64,000 bases of DNA from Podarcis muralis (taxonomy: Eukaryota). Below are positions 21,240 through 34,064 of this stretch, in pieces (position 1 is the first letter of the stretch; every line of letters begins with the position of its first letter). The stretch spans positions 21,204,001-21,268,000 of the forward strand of contig NC_135667.1 of NCBI RefSeq assembly GCF_964188315.1. The letters are read 5' to 3'. The position numbers and the translations under genes were made by a program. The notes beneath the pieces are model-generated. The model was not told where the DNA came from. It did not search any database and saw nothing but the letters and a program-made list of their open reading frames with translations.

Positions 21240-22658
21240 CAGTGTTTCCCAACCGGTGTTCCGCGGCACACTAGTGTGCCGCGGAACGTTGCCTTGTGTT
21301 CCGTGGGAGGGAGGCGGGCGAGTCGGGCGGCGAGAGGCGGGGCGGCGGCGGCGAGCACACGCGGGGCGGCGAGCAAGCTCCCTCCCATATCCCATCATCG
21401 CTCGCTTCGGCCGGCCTACTGGAGAAAGGCGCGAAAACCTCGCGCATGCGCAGGCCTTCCGCCTGTGACAGCCCAGTAGGCCGGCCGAAGCGAGCGGCGA
21501 TGGGATGTGGGAGGGAGCTCGCTCGCCGCCCCGCGTGTGCTCGCCGCCCGACTCGCCCGCCTCCCTCCCACGGCACACCAGCCTACCTCCGTGGGAGGGA
21601 GGCGGGCGAGTCGGGCGGCGAGAGGCGGGGCGGCGGCGGCGAGGAGAGGCCGCCCAGCGCGGGGCTCTCGCCATCTGCCTGCCTGGCTGCCTGCGAGCTC
21701 GGCGGGCAGCGCTTCCGCCCGCAGCGCCCGCCTCGCGGCTCTCATTCCCTGCCCCTGCCAAAGCTCACCCAACCAAGCCGCGCTCTCCTTCCTGCCTCGC
21801 TTTGCTGCCTCCTCCCCCCCCACCCCCAAAGCTTGGAGGTTCCCCGGCAGGAAGAAGGGAACTTAATCCTCTCCAAGGGCTGCGGAAAACAGACATGCAA
21901 ATGGGGGCTTGCCAGCTCTTCAAGCGCCGCCGGCTTTCTTCGGGAATTACCGCCCGCTGAGCCCGGTAACGCTGACAGGCCGAGCCGCGGGGCTTGGCAG
22001 CGCAGCCGGCAGAGTGTGGGAAAGGGCGGCCGCCACGCGCCGGGCAAGGCGAGACTCGACGGGGAGGACACCGGCAGCAGCGCCCCCCCCCCCCAGAAAC
22101 CCACTCCGGGCAGGTAATTCACAGAGAGTGGACAGAAGGAAGCCTTAAAGGGCTTCAGCCTCCCAGAGTGGCGGGGAATAATAATAATAATAATAATAAT
22201 GATAATAATAAAATTGACAGGGGGTGTTTTTCTAGGTGAGGGGGTGGGGACTGTAATAACAAAAAAATCAGCTCTATATCAACCGCTGTTTTGCAATGAG
22301 GAATTGCAAATAAGGAAGATCAAAAGGAGAATGTTTTTTGGGGGGGGACTCTCTTCCTCTTCCTCCTCCTCCTCTCGTTCTTGCTCCTCTTCCTGGCAAA
22401 AGGGCTGCTGAGACCCCTTCTCTCTTGGGTGCCGGTGGGTGCTGTGACGTTGACGCTGCTGTGGCAAGTGCCTTTACTTAGCAGAGTGCATTCCCCTTTA
22501 CACAGGAGGGGAGGGGAAAAAATTGAAACTTACACTTTCGTGCGTCCCTCCCGGCGCGACGCTGCGCGCTGACGTCACGGGGCTGTAATGGTGGTGTGCC
22601 TCGAGATTTTTTTCATCAAACAAGTGTGCCTTTGCCCAAAAAAGGTTGGGAAACAGTG
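21240..22658. mobile_element. Non-autonomous hAT (Charlie-like) DNA transposon, GC/CpG-rich
   Basis: TIRs CAGTGTTTCCCAAC / GTTGGGAAACAGTG (1 mismatch); 8-bp TSD GTCTAGGC (21232-21239, 22659-22666); no transposase ORF. Confidence 0.9.
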
Positions 22659-23407
22659 GTCTAGGCAGCTTGAGGCAGCCATTTTACGTGGGGCATTGTG
22701 GGTAATTAAAATGGCTGGTGCTGGGCTAGAAAAATAATGATGACAAGCAAGCATCAGCGATGGACTCCAAGGATGCTTGGTAGTTTACCAGCAGGAACTC
22801 ACCGTTAAGACAGTGTTCATGGAAGACAATCTTACTTAGCTACGAGCGACTGCCAAAGAAGAAGATGAAGGTGAGGTCCCCCGCTTCAGCGCTGTAGACC
22901 ATGGACAGGACTCTCCTGGGAGATGGTAAACTCGCCTTTCTGGGAGGTATCTTTTTCTTAAAAAATAAATAAATAGATTTTATTAAAGGATTTACTTGGG
23001 TTACAAAAGTTCATGCATTGTTTCTGTTTTCAGTTGGTAGAGTCTTTTCTACAGATCAGTTATTCTGGGAGGTTTTTAAGCAGAGAAGTTTTAGTTGAGA
23101 TTCCTGCATTGCCGGGGGTTGGAGTAGAATGTAGATGACTCTGGGGGTCCCTTCCCACGCTACAATTCCATGATTCCCTGCCACCCCTGGATCAGCTCAG
23201 CCCAAGGAGACTCCAGGAGAGCAGTGAGAGAGCTTAAAGCAGCAGTGGGCAGTGGGCGCTGGTTGCTTCTGCGGTCTAGAGGTACTTAGAGGTCAGCACC
23301 AGACAGCGATGAGGCCGTCTGCATGCTTTGGCTCAGCATCTGTGAGAGAGTGGTGGAAGCAAGGAGAGTTAGGCAGCAAAGCAGAAGCAGCAAAGGAGGG
23401 ACGGAGG

Positions 23408-23860
23408 TGTGGGAATGTTAAGGAAGGCAGGAGGGGATATATTGTTTTGATATCCCTTCTCACTCATGCTAGTGAATAAACAGCAGAGCACATTCCCTTT
23501 GCATCTGACTGGAAGTAAGTTGATGCTTCATTAGAATCCTTTAATTAAGCAATCCAGTCTGGCTTGGCCAGTCTGAATGGTTCTCGGTAACTTTCCCCTT
23601 TACTTCCCTCTTAATATAATAACGACACAACACAGTCTTCTTTAAAAGTAAGATTTATTTTTTAAACTCACATTCAGTTCACAGCAGTAATCTGAAGGCA
23701 GGCTTTATCTTGTGGTTACAGTGAAAAGAAGTCTGAGCTACATCTCAGACTTTCTGCTTGTGGGCTCCATCCTATGTGAAGGATGAGTCATGTGCTGGCT
23801 AAGAGCCAGAAGAGCGAGAGTCTAAGGCATGGGTAGGCAAACTAAGCTTAATTTCCCTGT
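23408..23860 (-). mobile_element. Diverged LTR fragment distantly related to the copia LTRs
   Basis: tgtgggaatgtt..ggatatattg start and ttcccctttacttccctcttaa..acgacacaacacagtcttc shared with 14256-14845. End approximate. Confidence 0.55.
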
Positions 23861-25400
23861 TGTTGTGCAAACCACAGGGGTGTGGGGCCTCCCCCAAAGC
23901 GTTGTGGCCCCTTCCACTTCTGTGTCGGCAGCGCTAGTTGGGCTCAGTAAGCAACCTCCCTCTTGGCTGAAGAGGTAGAAAAAACAATCTGGGCAGCTTG
24001 GCAGGTCCCAAGCCCAGACCAGGAGGCTCTTGGTTCAAGGTCCCTTCCCTCAGGCCATGAGCCCGCTGCTTGGAAGGGCGCATCATTGCAAGGAAATCTG
24101 CAGCTCCTCCAAACTGACTGATAGTCTAAGGACCAAATGAGAGTAGCAGCACTTCACCTCTGGCGACTGAGCAACCTCTGATATCATTCCTTCTTCTCTT
24201 CAGCCAGTTTTGGCCAAACCACAGTGTGTTTCTTTTCTGATGCAGGTTCTTCTGACACAGAGGGAACATGAGACTCCCTGGCAGACGTGGGAAGCGAGAC
24301 CCTTCTGCAGGGGCAGGTGGGCAGGCTACTAGACTGCTCTGATCTACAAGAGACATCCAAATCCTTACAGGGGAAGCTGACACCCTCAGAATTATGCAGC
24401 ACAAAGGTTTCACTTTTGTCATGAACTTGCGAGGCAGTCTCAGGCAAGCCACTCTCCATTTCAGCTCCTTTCCCCCATGTTCAACATGAGCAAAATAATG
24501 TTCACATTGCTGCATTGTGGAGGTTGGACTGGGTGCTCTTATTCAGTTAGTTAGCCTCTTTTGTCCACCATGTTGTCTCCATTGCAGTGGTTCTATGAGG
24601 TAGCAAGATGGCTGCCATTGCCACCTCCTATTTCCATAATAATTACTTTTTGTACCTCTTCCAACTGACTGGGTTGTTCCAGCTACTCTGGGTGACTTAC
24701 TAAAGAATTATTGGGCGGAGCCCATGACTGTTCGAGTGTTATAGTAGTGTTTTGAATGTACAGTCGTACCTTGGTTTTCAAACAGCTTAGTCCTCAAACG
24801 TTTTGGTTCCCGAACATTGCAAATCTGGAAGTGAATGTTCCGGTTTCCAAACGTTTTGGAAGTCGAACGGATTCTGGAATGGAGTCCAATCGACTTCCAA
24901 GATACGACTGTGTAGAGCCGGTGTGGTGAAGTTGGTGGTGTGTGGTTTGAAGACATTTGGAAATAATAGAGGAAATGCAGCAAAAAAAAAAAATAAGACT
25001 ATCTCCGGACCAGCCAGAAAATGGGAAGCCCCATTAAATTAATCAATATGAAATGTTTAATTGGATTGTGTTTTTTTTTTGGGATATGACGTGGCAAGAT
25101 TTGAGATGTTATTAATGAAAAAATAAAATTTATTTATTTATTTATTCATTTTAAAAGAGGCCAATGAGAATCCTTGTCTCCTCTCCTGATGAGCCTCCAG
25201 CCTGGGTCCTGGGCATTGCCGGTTAAAGGGAAGCCCTTCTCAAGAAGGAAAACGGTGTTTCCTGCCATCTTGGGCCCCTCCAGGGCTGCAAGCTCCCCTG
25301 CTGTAGAGAGATTCTCCCGTGGAAGGGACACTCCAGGGAGGTGGTGGACTCTCCTTCCTTGGAAGGTTTTAAGTGGCCGTCTGCCAGGGACGATTTGATT
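23860..25400 (+). repeat. Duplicon module A, copy 2
   Basis: Near-identical to 3776-5400. Confidence 0.85.
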
Positions 25401-25622
25401 CCGGGGGTTAGACTAGATGACTTTGAGTGTCTTTCCCAACTCCATTATTTCCCCGCACCCCCCACCCCGTTCAGCCTAAATAGACTCCGGGAGAGCAGTG
25501 AGAGCTAAAAGCAGGTTTATTGGGGGTGGGGGTGGGGGTGGGGGTGGGGAGGGACGTGGTCGAGGCTGCCACGTCCAGGCGGCACTTCTGCGGAGGACGC
25601 CGGCTGCTTCTCTCGCCTAGCG

Positions 25623-26159
25623 TTATATGGAGAACCCCCCGTCGCCGAAATACGCAGCCGAGCAGAAGATGCCCATTTCCAGCTGGATGTCTAGGCTCGG
25701 CAGCTGTGGGAGCGGCGAAGGGGGGGAGCGTTAGAGAGGACAGAGAGGCGCGAAGGAGGGACCCACGTCTGGGGCCCCCGCCCGACGGGGAGGGAGACAG
25801 ACTCACCCTGGAGTTCACGGGGTCCGCGAGCAGGTTCTGGGCGGGCAGGGCGCTCAGGTTGCTGGGGTCGCCCTCGCCGTCATCCATAACGAGGTGGCAG
25901 CCTAACTGGAAGAGGATAATCTTCAGTTCCTCCTCTGAGGGGCCGGTGCTACGGGAGGAGGGGGAGAAGAAGGTCAGCTTGCGGGAAACGAGAGTAAAGA
26001 GGAGAAGGGCCGGGCCATGGCCTCGCCATCGGCAGAGGGTCCCTGCCCGACGGGGCGGGCTTACCTGGGCACAGCCCGGGCGCCGATATCTGCGGAACGG
26101 GACGGGATCTCGGCCCAAACGGGCTGCACGTGGCTCTGGTTGACTCCGCTCAGCGCCAT
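25623..26159 (-). CDS. Alpha-globin-derived gene G2 (exons 26159-26065, 25948-25807, 25703-25623), 105 aa: MALSGVNQSHVQPVWAEIPSRSADIGARAVPS/TGPSEEELKIILFQLGCHLVMDDGEGDPSNLSALPAQNLLADPVNSR/LPSLDIQLEMGIFCSAAYFGDGGFSI
   Basis: Same splice signals as G1, open spliced frame, AATAAA at 25521-25516. Confidence 0.8.
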
Positions 26160-28265
26160 CCTGCCAGCTCAACCTCTTGGTGCCGTCGGAGTAGGGGCAG
26201 CCCTTTTATCACCGCCCGCCCTGCCCCCCGGGTGGCGTCTCCCTCGGCCTCTGCGAGCGCTTCCTTCCCTCCCTCGGCCTCGGCAAGGATCCGGGACGGG
26301 GCGCACGAGCCCTGGCAAGTGAGCATCCTCCTCGCAATTCCCGCTGCCTGCTGCCAGGCGGACACCGTCGAGCATCTTCGCTGGACGCTCCCTGGGCGAT
26401 GATGACTCGGTAGTCCTGACACCCCCCCACCGCCCTGCGAGGTCGGCCAGTCAGTCTTCTTCCCCCATTGCTGCGCACGGCAGAGGGGCACGAGGGCAGG
26501 TCCTCGCCTGCGGGGGTGGAAGCTACGACCCAAATCGAACCAAATGGGTCGCTCCTTTGAACGCCAGGCCAATCGCCGGCAGGACTGCAGGTGCGGGAGA
26601 GAGGAAGGATCAGTCCATCCAGCTGAATGGGGGCATTTGGCCCTCGGCGTCCTCCCCCCAAGGGACTCACAGGAAGCTTGGCTGGCAAGAAAGAAGGGGG
26701 GCGGGTCCTTGTGGGGATCAGGACTGGCGAAGCAGCAGGAAAGCAGAGACCGTTCTCCCCATTCCAAGTCACCCAAAAGGGGAACATATTGAGGGTGGGG
26801 CTGAGAATCTAGTTCAGTTTACTTAAAAATACGCAGGACTGAAGAGTTCATGGAAGGCCTAACAGGTTTATGGAAATCAACAAAGGAGCAGATTTCAAGC
26901 AACAACTTGGAACATGAAAAGAAAGAACAACGCTTATCCAATCTATAGTTCAGCCCATCTACCGTAATTAGTGAGGTTAAATATATGTGGGAAGCAGACT
27001 GGATTATTAGAAATAATTTTAGGTTACTAAACTGCAGCCCAGTTCCAAACTGACCATTTCCTACCCACCCTGAAATGAGAAAGAAGAATTTTGTTTAATT
27101 GCTTATTTGTTAATTAGGATTCATGGGGAAATGGTCCAGTTTGGAACTGAGCCCCAGTTCAGTAGCCTAGAAATTACTATGTGTTGAGAGTGCAAAGTTG
27201 GAGGCAGCAGGGAGCCCTCAAGACTGTCCTGGAAGGAACTCCAGGGGATGAGCAACCAGGGATGATAAATTGACACCTTCGCCACAGACTGCAAGCAATG
27301 GTTCATTTCCTGTGTTCACCAAAGTGGGTGGTCATTATAGGTGTCCAAGGTGGGTCACCTACACATACATTCCTATCCACACCAAACCAAATGGTTATTA
27401 GAGGTCATTATGCAGGCCATTATGCAGGGACCTGCCCATGTATACCTATCCAAACACAGACATACACTTTTGGTGCACACTTATGAGTGGCAGAGTGGGT
27501 GTAGGCCACATCTATGAGAAGGTGGAAGTGTGAGTGGCAGCAGAATTCCCCGGTTCAGCTAACCCAGAAGCTAAAAGAGGAGGATCGTCTGTGACCTTGC
27601 AGGCCATTTCTCCCCTTGTCCACCAAAGGCTGAGCATGGAAGCCAGGCAAGAAGACACCTGCAGAAGAGTCTCTTGGGAGGGCAGCTGTGGGGGTAATGT
27701 GGGGCTGGTGCTCTATGCAGGCTGGCCATACTGGGGGAGGGAAGGAGGAGGAGAAGGCGTGAGCCCTTTGGGGCATCACAATTTTGCATGACACCCCCCC
27801 CCCAAGAAGACAGGATGTCCCAGACTGTTGACGGGTATGTGCCAGCCACAGACCCTCTAGGTGAGTTTTGCAGACTACCAATTGGGAACCGCTGATCTAC
27901 AGTATTCCAAGTGTTTTTGCACCACAGATTTGTGAATGGCATTCTGGGAGCCACAGTCTTGTTTTTAAATGCATGTTCAAGTGACCCCCACCCAGCATGG
28001 AATGGGCCTTTTTCACAGCTGCAGAACACAGGGTTGGCCTTTTCCTCCAGCTCTCCACTACCATCTTAAGGTCTCGATCCAGATTGGCCACTGCCAGTTC
28101 AGACCCAGGAATATATATGTGTGGAGTTAAGATATGTCTTTTTGCATCACAGAATCATAGAGTTGGAAGGGATCCCGAGGCTCACCAAGCCCAACCCCCA
28201 GCAAGGAAGGAATCTCAGCTGAGGAATCCCAGACAGATGGCCAGCCAACCTCTGCTTTTAAAGTC

Positions 28266-29335
28266 TTGTTGTGCAAACCACAGGGGTGTGGGGCCTCCAC
28301 CCAAGTCTTGTGGCCCCTCCCACTTCTGTGTAGGCAGCGCTAGTTGGGCTCAGTAAGCAACTACCCTCTTGGCTGAAGAGGTAGAAAAAACAATCTGGGC
28401 AGCTTGGCAGGTCCCAAGCCCAGACCAGGAGGCTCTTGGTTCAAGGACCCTTCCCTCAGGCCATGAGCCCGCTGCTTGGAAGGGCGCATCATTGCAAGGA
28501 AATCTGCAGCTCCTCCTAACTGACTGATATTCCAAGGACCAAATGAGAGTAGCAGCACTTCACCTCTGGTGACTGAACAACCTCTGATATCGTTCCTTGT
28601 TCTCTTCAGCCAGTTTTGGCCAAACCACACTGTGTTTCTTTTCTGATGCAGGTTCTTCTGACACTGAGGGGACATGGGACTCTCTGGCGGATGTGGGAAG
28701 CGAGACCCTTCTGCAGAGGCAGGTGGGCAGGGTACTAGACTGCTCTGATCTACAAGAGACATCCAAATCCTTACAGGGGAAGCTGACACCTTCAGAATTA
28801 TGCAGCACAAAGGTTTTACTTTTGTCATGAATTTGCGAGGCAGTCTTAGGCAAGCCACTCTCCATTTCAGCTCCTTTCTCCCATGTTCAACATGAGCAAA
28901 ATAATTTTTGCATTCCTGCATTGTTGCAAATGCCAAACGTTGCAAATCTGGAAGTGGCTGTTCCAGTTTGCAAACTATTTTTGGAAGCCTAATGTCAGAC
29001 GGGGCTTCCTGAAGCCAATCAGAGGCCGCGCTTTGGTTTCCAAACGTTTTGGAAGTCGAACGGATTCTGGAATGGATTCCATTCGACTTCCAAGATACGA
29101 CTGTGTAGAGCTGGTGTGGTGAAGTTGGGGGTGTGTGGTTTGAAGACATTTGGAAATAATAGAGGAAATGCAGGAACACAAATATAGGACTATCTCCGGA
29201 ACAGCCAGAAAATGGGAAGCCCCATTAAATTAATCAATATGAAATGTTTAATTGGATTGTTTTTTTGTTTTTGTTTTTTTGGATATGACGTGGCAAGATT
29301 TGAGATGTTATTAATTTAGATGTTATTAATGAAAA
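28266..29335 (+). repeat. Duplicon module A, copy 3 (truncated by a MITE and L1)
   Basis: Matches 3776-5140. Confidence 0.8.
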
Positions 29336-29343
29336 AATAATTA

Positions 29344-30243
29344 CCGTATTTTTCGCACCATAGGACGCACCTTTTCCCTCCTAAAAAGCAAGGGAAAATG
29401 TGTGTGCGTCCTATGGAGCGAATGCAGGGGGAGGCAGGCGGGAAAAGCCCCCAAGAGCCGCACACAAGCTCCGTGCGCTCTTGCGGGCTTTTCCACAGGC
29501 GGGAGAAGGGACTGACTGGCCGCATCAGTCCCTTCTCCCACCTCCCAGGAAAGCCAGGAGAAGCCGTGATCTCTTTAAAGGAGTTGCGCAGCTTCTGCGG
29601 GCTTTTGCGAGAGGTGAGGGAATCCCCCCACCTCCCAGGTAAGCCAGAAGAAGCCGTGCAGCCCTTTTAAAGTGTGCGCGGCTTCTGCCGGTTTTGCGGG
29701 AGGTGGGGGAATTCCCCCACCTCCCAGAAAAGCCAGAAGAAGCCGCGATCTCTTTAAAGGAGTTGGCGGCTTCTGCGGGCTTTTGCGAGAGGTGAGGGAA
29801 TCCCCCCACCTCCCAGGAAAGCCAGGAAAGCCCTGCGCAGCATCTCCCGGCAAGGAGAGGCTGCATGGGGCTAAAGGAGTAGCCTAAACAGCGAGCGGGA
29901 TCCATCCCGCCCCCTGCCTTGGCTTGCTCCATAGCTGCGCGCAACCCCTCCGGCAAGGAGAGGCTGCACGGGGCTATGGATTCTTTAGCCCCACGCAGCC
30001 TCTCCCGGGAGGGGGAGGCTGCACGGGGCTAAAGGGGAAGCCAAAACAGTGAGCGGGATCCATCCCGCCCCCTGCCTTGGCTTGCTCCATAGCTGCGCGC
30101 AACCCCTCTGGCAGGGAGAGGTTGTGCGCAGCCTGTACGCTGCTCTTTGGGGCTGGGGGGGGGGAGATTTTTTTCTTGATTCCCCCCCCTAAAAACTGGG
30201 TGTGCCCTATGGTCCAGTGCGCCCTATGGTGCGAAAAATTTAC
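29344..30243. mobile_element. Non-autonomous Tc1/pogo-type (Tigger/Tc2-like) element with internal ~60-bp tandem repeats
   Basis: TA then CCGTATTTTTCGCACCATAGGACGCAC at the left; GTGCGCCCTATGGTGCGAAAAAT at the right; repeated gcttttgcgagaggtgagggaatcccccacctccc units. Confidence 0.75.
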
Positions 30244-30244
30244 A

Positions 30245-32583
30245 GGGGATGGGGGTAGGACAAGGTTTTGAAAATGGTATAGGTGCAATTTATTCAGAAC
30301 AAAAGGCAAAATTAATTGTGAATAATGTGATGACAGAAGAGTTTAAGATTGAAAAAGGGACACGACAAGGTTGCCCAATTTCTCCATTGCTTTTTATATC
30401 GGTCCTAGAGGTTTTGCTAAATATGATTAGAAAGGACCAAGAGGTTAAAAGTATACAGGTGGGAGCTAAACAGTATAAATTGAAAGCATTTGCTGATGAT
30501 TTAGTATTGACCTTACAGGAGCCAGAACCTAGTACTAAAAGGGTATTGAAACTGATTCAAGAATTTGGACAGGTTGCAGGTTTTAAGTTGAATAAGATGA
30601 AAACCAAGGTTCTAGAGAAAAATTTAACTATGAATGAGAGAGAGAGGTTTCAGGAGGAGACAGGACTAACATTGGTTAAAAAAGTGAAATATTTAGGGGT
30701 TAACATGACTGCTAAAAATGTGAACCTATTTAAGGATAATTATGAAAAATGTTGGACTGAAGTGAAAAAGGATTTAGAAGTATGGACAAATTTGAAGCTA
30801 TCATTGTTAGGCCGAATTGCTATGATAAAAATGAATGTGCTGCCAAGGATGTTATTTTTGTTCCAAACATTGCAAATATTGGATAAGATGGATTGTTTCA
30901 AGAAGTGGCAGAAGGATATTTCTAGATTTGTTTGGCAGGGCAAGAAGCCTCAAATAAAATTTAAGATATTAACGGATGCTAAAGAAAGAGGTGGATTTGC
31001 CCTGCCAGACCTTAAACTTTATTATGAATCAGCTGCTTTTTGTTGGCTGAGAGAATGGCTGCTTCTTGAAAATACTGAAGTGTTGGACTTAGAAGGTTTT
31101 AACAATGTATTCGGATGGCATGCATATTTGTGGTATGATAAGGTAAAAGCACATAAAGCATTTAAAAATCATATTGTCAGAAAAGCATTGTTTAATGTTT
31201 GGATAAGATATAAAGATTTGTTAGGGAAAAAAACCCCAAGATGGTTGTCACCAATGGAAGCAAAGGGACAGAAAAAACTCAATATGGAGGCCAAATGGCC
31301 GAAATATTGGGAAATTCTGGAACAAGATGGAGAGAGAATAAAATTGCAGAGCTTTGAAAAATTGAAAAACAAAGTGCGAGATTGGCTCCATTACTATCAA
31401 ATAATGGAGGCATACAAATTGGATAAAAAAGTTGGTTTCCAGGTGGAAAAATCAAAATTGGAAACAGAATTGTTAGATCCAAAAAACTAAGAATTTGTCA
31501 AGAATGTATAACTTGCTGTTGAAATGGAACACTCAGGATGAAACGGTGAAATCAGCTATGATTAAATGGGCACAAGATGTTGGACATAACATAATGATGG
31601 CTGACTGGGAACAGTTATGGACCACAGGTATGAAGTTCACGGCATGTAATGCTTTAAGAGAAAATTTAATGAAAATGATTTATAGGTGGTACATGACACC
31701 AGTTAAGCTTCAAAAAATCTACCATTTGCCCGATAATAAATGTTGGAAATGTAATGAGACTGAAGGTAAATTCTTTCACCTTTGGTGGACATGCCCAAGG
31801 ATTAAGGCATTCTGGGAGATGATTTATAATGAAATGAAGAAGGTATTTAAATATACCTTCCTGAAGAAACCAGAGGCCTTTCTCCTGGGCATGGTCGGCC
31901 AATTGGTGTTAAAGAAGAATAGAACTTTTTTTATGTATGCAACAACAGCAGCAAGAATACTCATCGCGAAATATTGGAAGACACAAGATTTACCCACCAG
32001 GGAAGAATGGCAGATGAAGTTGATGGACTATATGGAACTGGCGGAAATGACTGGCAGAATCCGAGACCAGGGAGAAGAGTCGGTGGAAGAAGACTGGAAA
32101 AAGTTTAAAGACTATTTACAGAAATACTGCAAAATTAATGAATGTTGGAATGAAGTTATATGTTGGAATGAAGTTATATGGCTTTAGTAGAAATGTTATA
32201 AGGAATTAAGTATAAATAGATCATTAGAGCATTAAAGGGAAAAATAAGGTTAGAATGTGTTAAGACAATTATAGGATAGAAACTAGAGGAAGATGGAAAG
32301 GAATTGCTGAAACAATCAATAGAAGTGGAATACAAAAAGGGAGGTGTGAGGAGGTCGTGGAAATAAGGGAAAGAAGGATAAAATATTGAAATTGGACTGT
32401 GTTTTAAATGGTTTTTGTTTTGTTTTGTTAGTTGTATGTTAGTGTTTTGTAGTTTTATTTATTATTATTATTGTTGTTGTTGTTGTTGTTGTATTGTATT
32501 ATTGTATGTTTTTTCTTTTTTTGGTTTTTTGTAGTGTTGTGTTCAATTTGTTGGAAAACTAATAAATATTATCATATAAAAAA
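30245..32583 (+). mobile_element. 5'-truncated L1-clade LINE (ORF2 RT to C-terminus, 3' UTR, A tail)
   Basis: KGTRQGCPISPLLF, AFADD, YLGV, CWKC..HLWWTC; reading frame broken at about 31490; AATAAA then an A-rich tail at about 32560-32583. Confidence 0.9.
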
Positions 32584-33212
32584 GGAAGGTTTTAAGCAGA
32601 GGGTGGATGGCCGCCTGCCAGGGACGATTTGATTCCGGGGGTTGGACTAGATGACTCTGAGTGTCCCTCCCAACTCCATTATTTCCCCCCACCCCCCCAC
32701 CCCGTTCAGCCTAAATAGACTCCGGGAGAGCAGTGATATTTATTACTTTTCCCACAATTTAAACACAACAAAACAAACAAAAAACAAAAAGAACAATACA
32801 ATACAAAAACACTAAATAACATAACCAAGCAAAAACAGTTTAAAACACTTTCCATATCTTATCCAACTTTGCACTCTCAACACATAGTGACTCTGAATCT
32901 GCACCCGCTCCTTAAACTTGTTACTGTACTTCTTTCAAGTCTAAGACTGGAATGATTAGAGGCGCCCTCTTTGTTGGTGCTGGTGGTGTTTGTGTTCCTT
33001 GAGATCCACCGGAAGAATCTTGTTCCACCACTTGCTGTGTAGCAACAAATATTGAACAAAGAAGGGCATCTGTTTCATACCCAAGTGTTTGTGCAAGGCT
33101 TTCCCATAAATAGGTTTATGACAATAAACAGAAGAAGACACTTCAAGCAACAACTTGGAACGCAAAAAGAAAGAATAATACTGACCCAATCTCTAGTTCT
33201 GAAGGACAGATT

Positions 33213-33470
33213 GTGAAGCTGAGGCTCCAGTACTTTGGCCACCTCATGAGAAGAGAAGACTCCCTGGAAAAGACCCTGATGTTGGGAAAGATGGAGGGCA
33301 CAGGGAGAAGGGGACGACAGAGGACGAGATGGTTGGACAGTGTTCTCGAAGCTACGAGCATGAGTTTGACCAAGCTGCAGGAGGCCGTGAAAGACAGGAG
33401 GGCCTGGCGTACTCTGGTCCATGGGGTCACGAAGAGTCGGACACGACTAAACAACTAAACAACAACAAAT
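33213..33470 (+). mobile_element. RTE-BovB LINE 3' end
   Basis: KLRLQYFGHLMRREDSLEKTLMLGK..AWRTLVHGVTKSRTRLN* followed by a caac-rich tail. Confidence 0.9.
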
Positions 33471-33839
33471 CGATAGTTCAGCCCAGCGTAACTGAGCTGT
33501 AATTTCTAGGCTACTGAACTGGGGCTCAGTTCCAAACTGGACCATTTCCCTTGGAATCCTAATTAAGGAATAAGCAATTAAACAAAATTATTCTTTCTCA
33601 TTTCAGGGTTGGTAGGAAATAGTCGAGTTCGGAACTGAGCTGCAGTTCAGTAACCTAAAATATATGTCTAATAATCCAGTCTGCTTCCCACATATATTTG
33701 ACCTCACCAATTAGACTGGGCTGAACTATAGATTGGGTAAGCATTGTTCTTTCTTTTCACGTTCCAGTTGTTGCTTGAAATCTGCTCCTTTGTTTATTTC
33801 CATAAACCTGTTACGCCTTGCATGAACTATCCAGTCCTG

Positions 33840-34064
33840 ACAAAAAAAATTCCTTCCAGTAGCACCTTAAAGACCAACTAAGTTAGTTCTTGGTATGAGC
33901 TTTCGTGTGCATGCACACTTCTTCAGATACTGGGGCTGTATCTGAAGAAGTGTGCATGCACACGAAAGCTCATACCAAGAACTAACTTAGTTGGTCTTTA
34001 AGGTGCTACTGGAAGGAATTTTTTTTGTTTTGACTATGGCAGACCAACACGGCTACCCATCTGT
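33840..34064. mobile_element. Penelope-like element terminus in inverted (hairpin) arrangement
   Basis: About 88-bp arms (aaattccttccagtagcacc..cttcagatac and its reverse complement) with a short loop; flanking duplication TATCCAGTCCTG; the same terminus follows the Penelope ORF end at 46.8-47.1 kb. Confidence 0.7.

Noticed and set aside
21296-22117. 273-aa ORF and neighbours inside the hAT element
   Set aside because: Low-complexity GC-rich translation with no transposase motifs.
29520-29830. CRISPR-like repeat array
   Set aside because: Degenerate tandem units without unique spacers, inside a DNA transposon in a eukaryotic genome.
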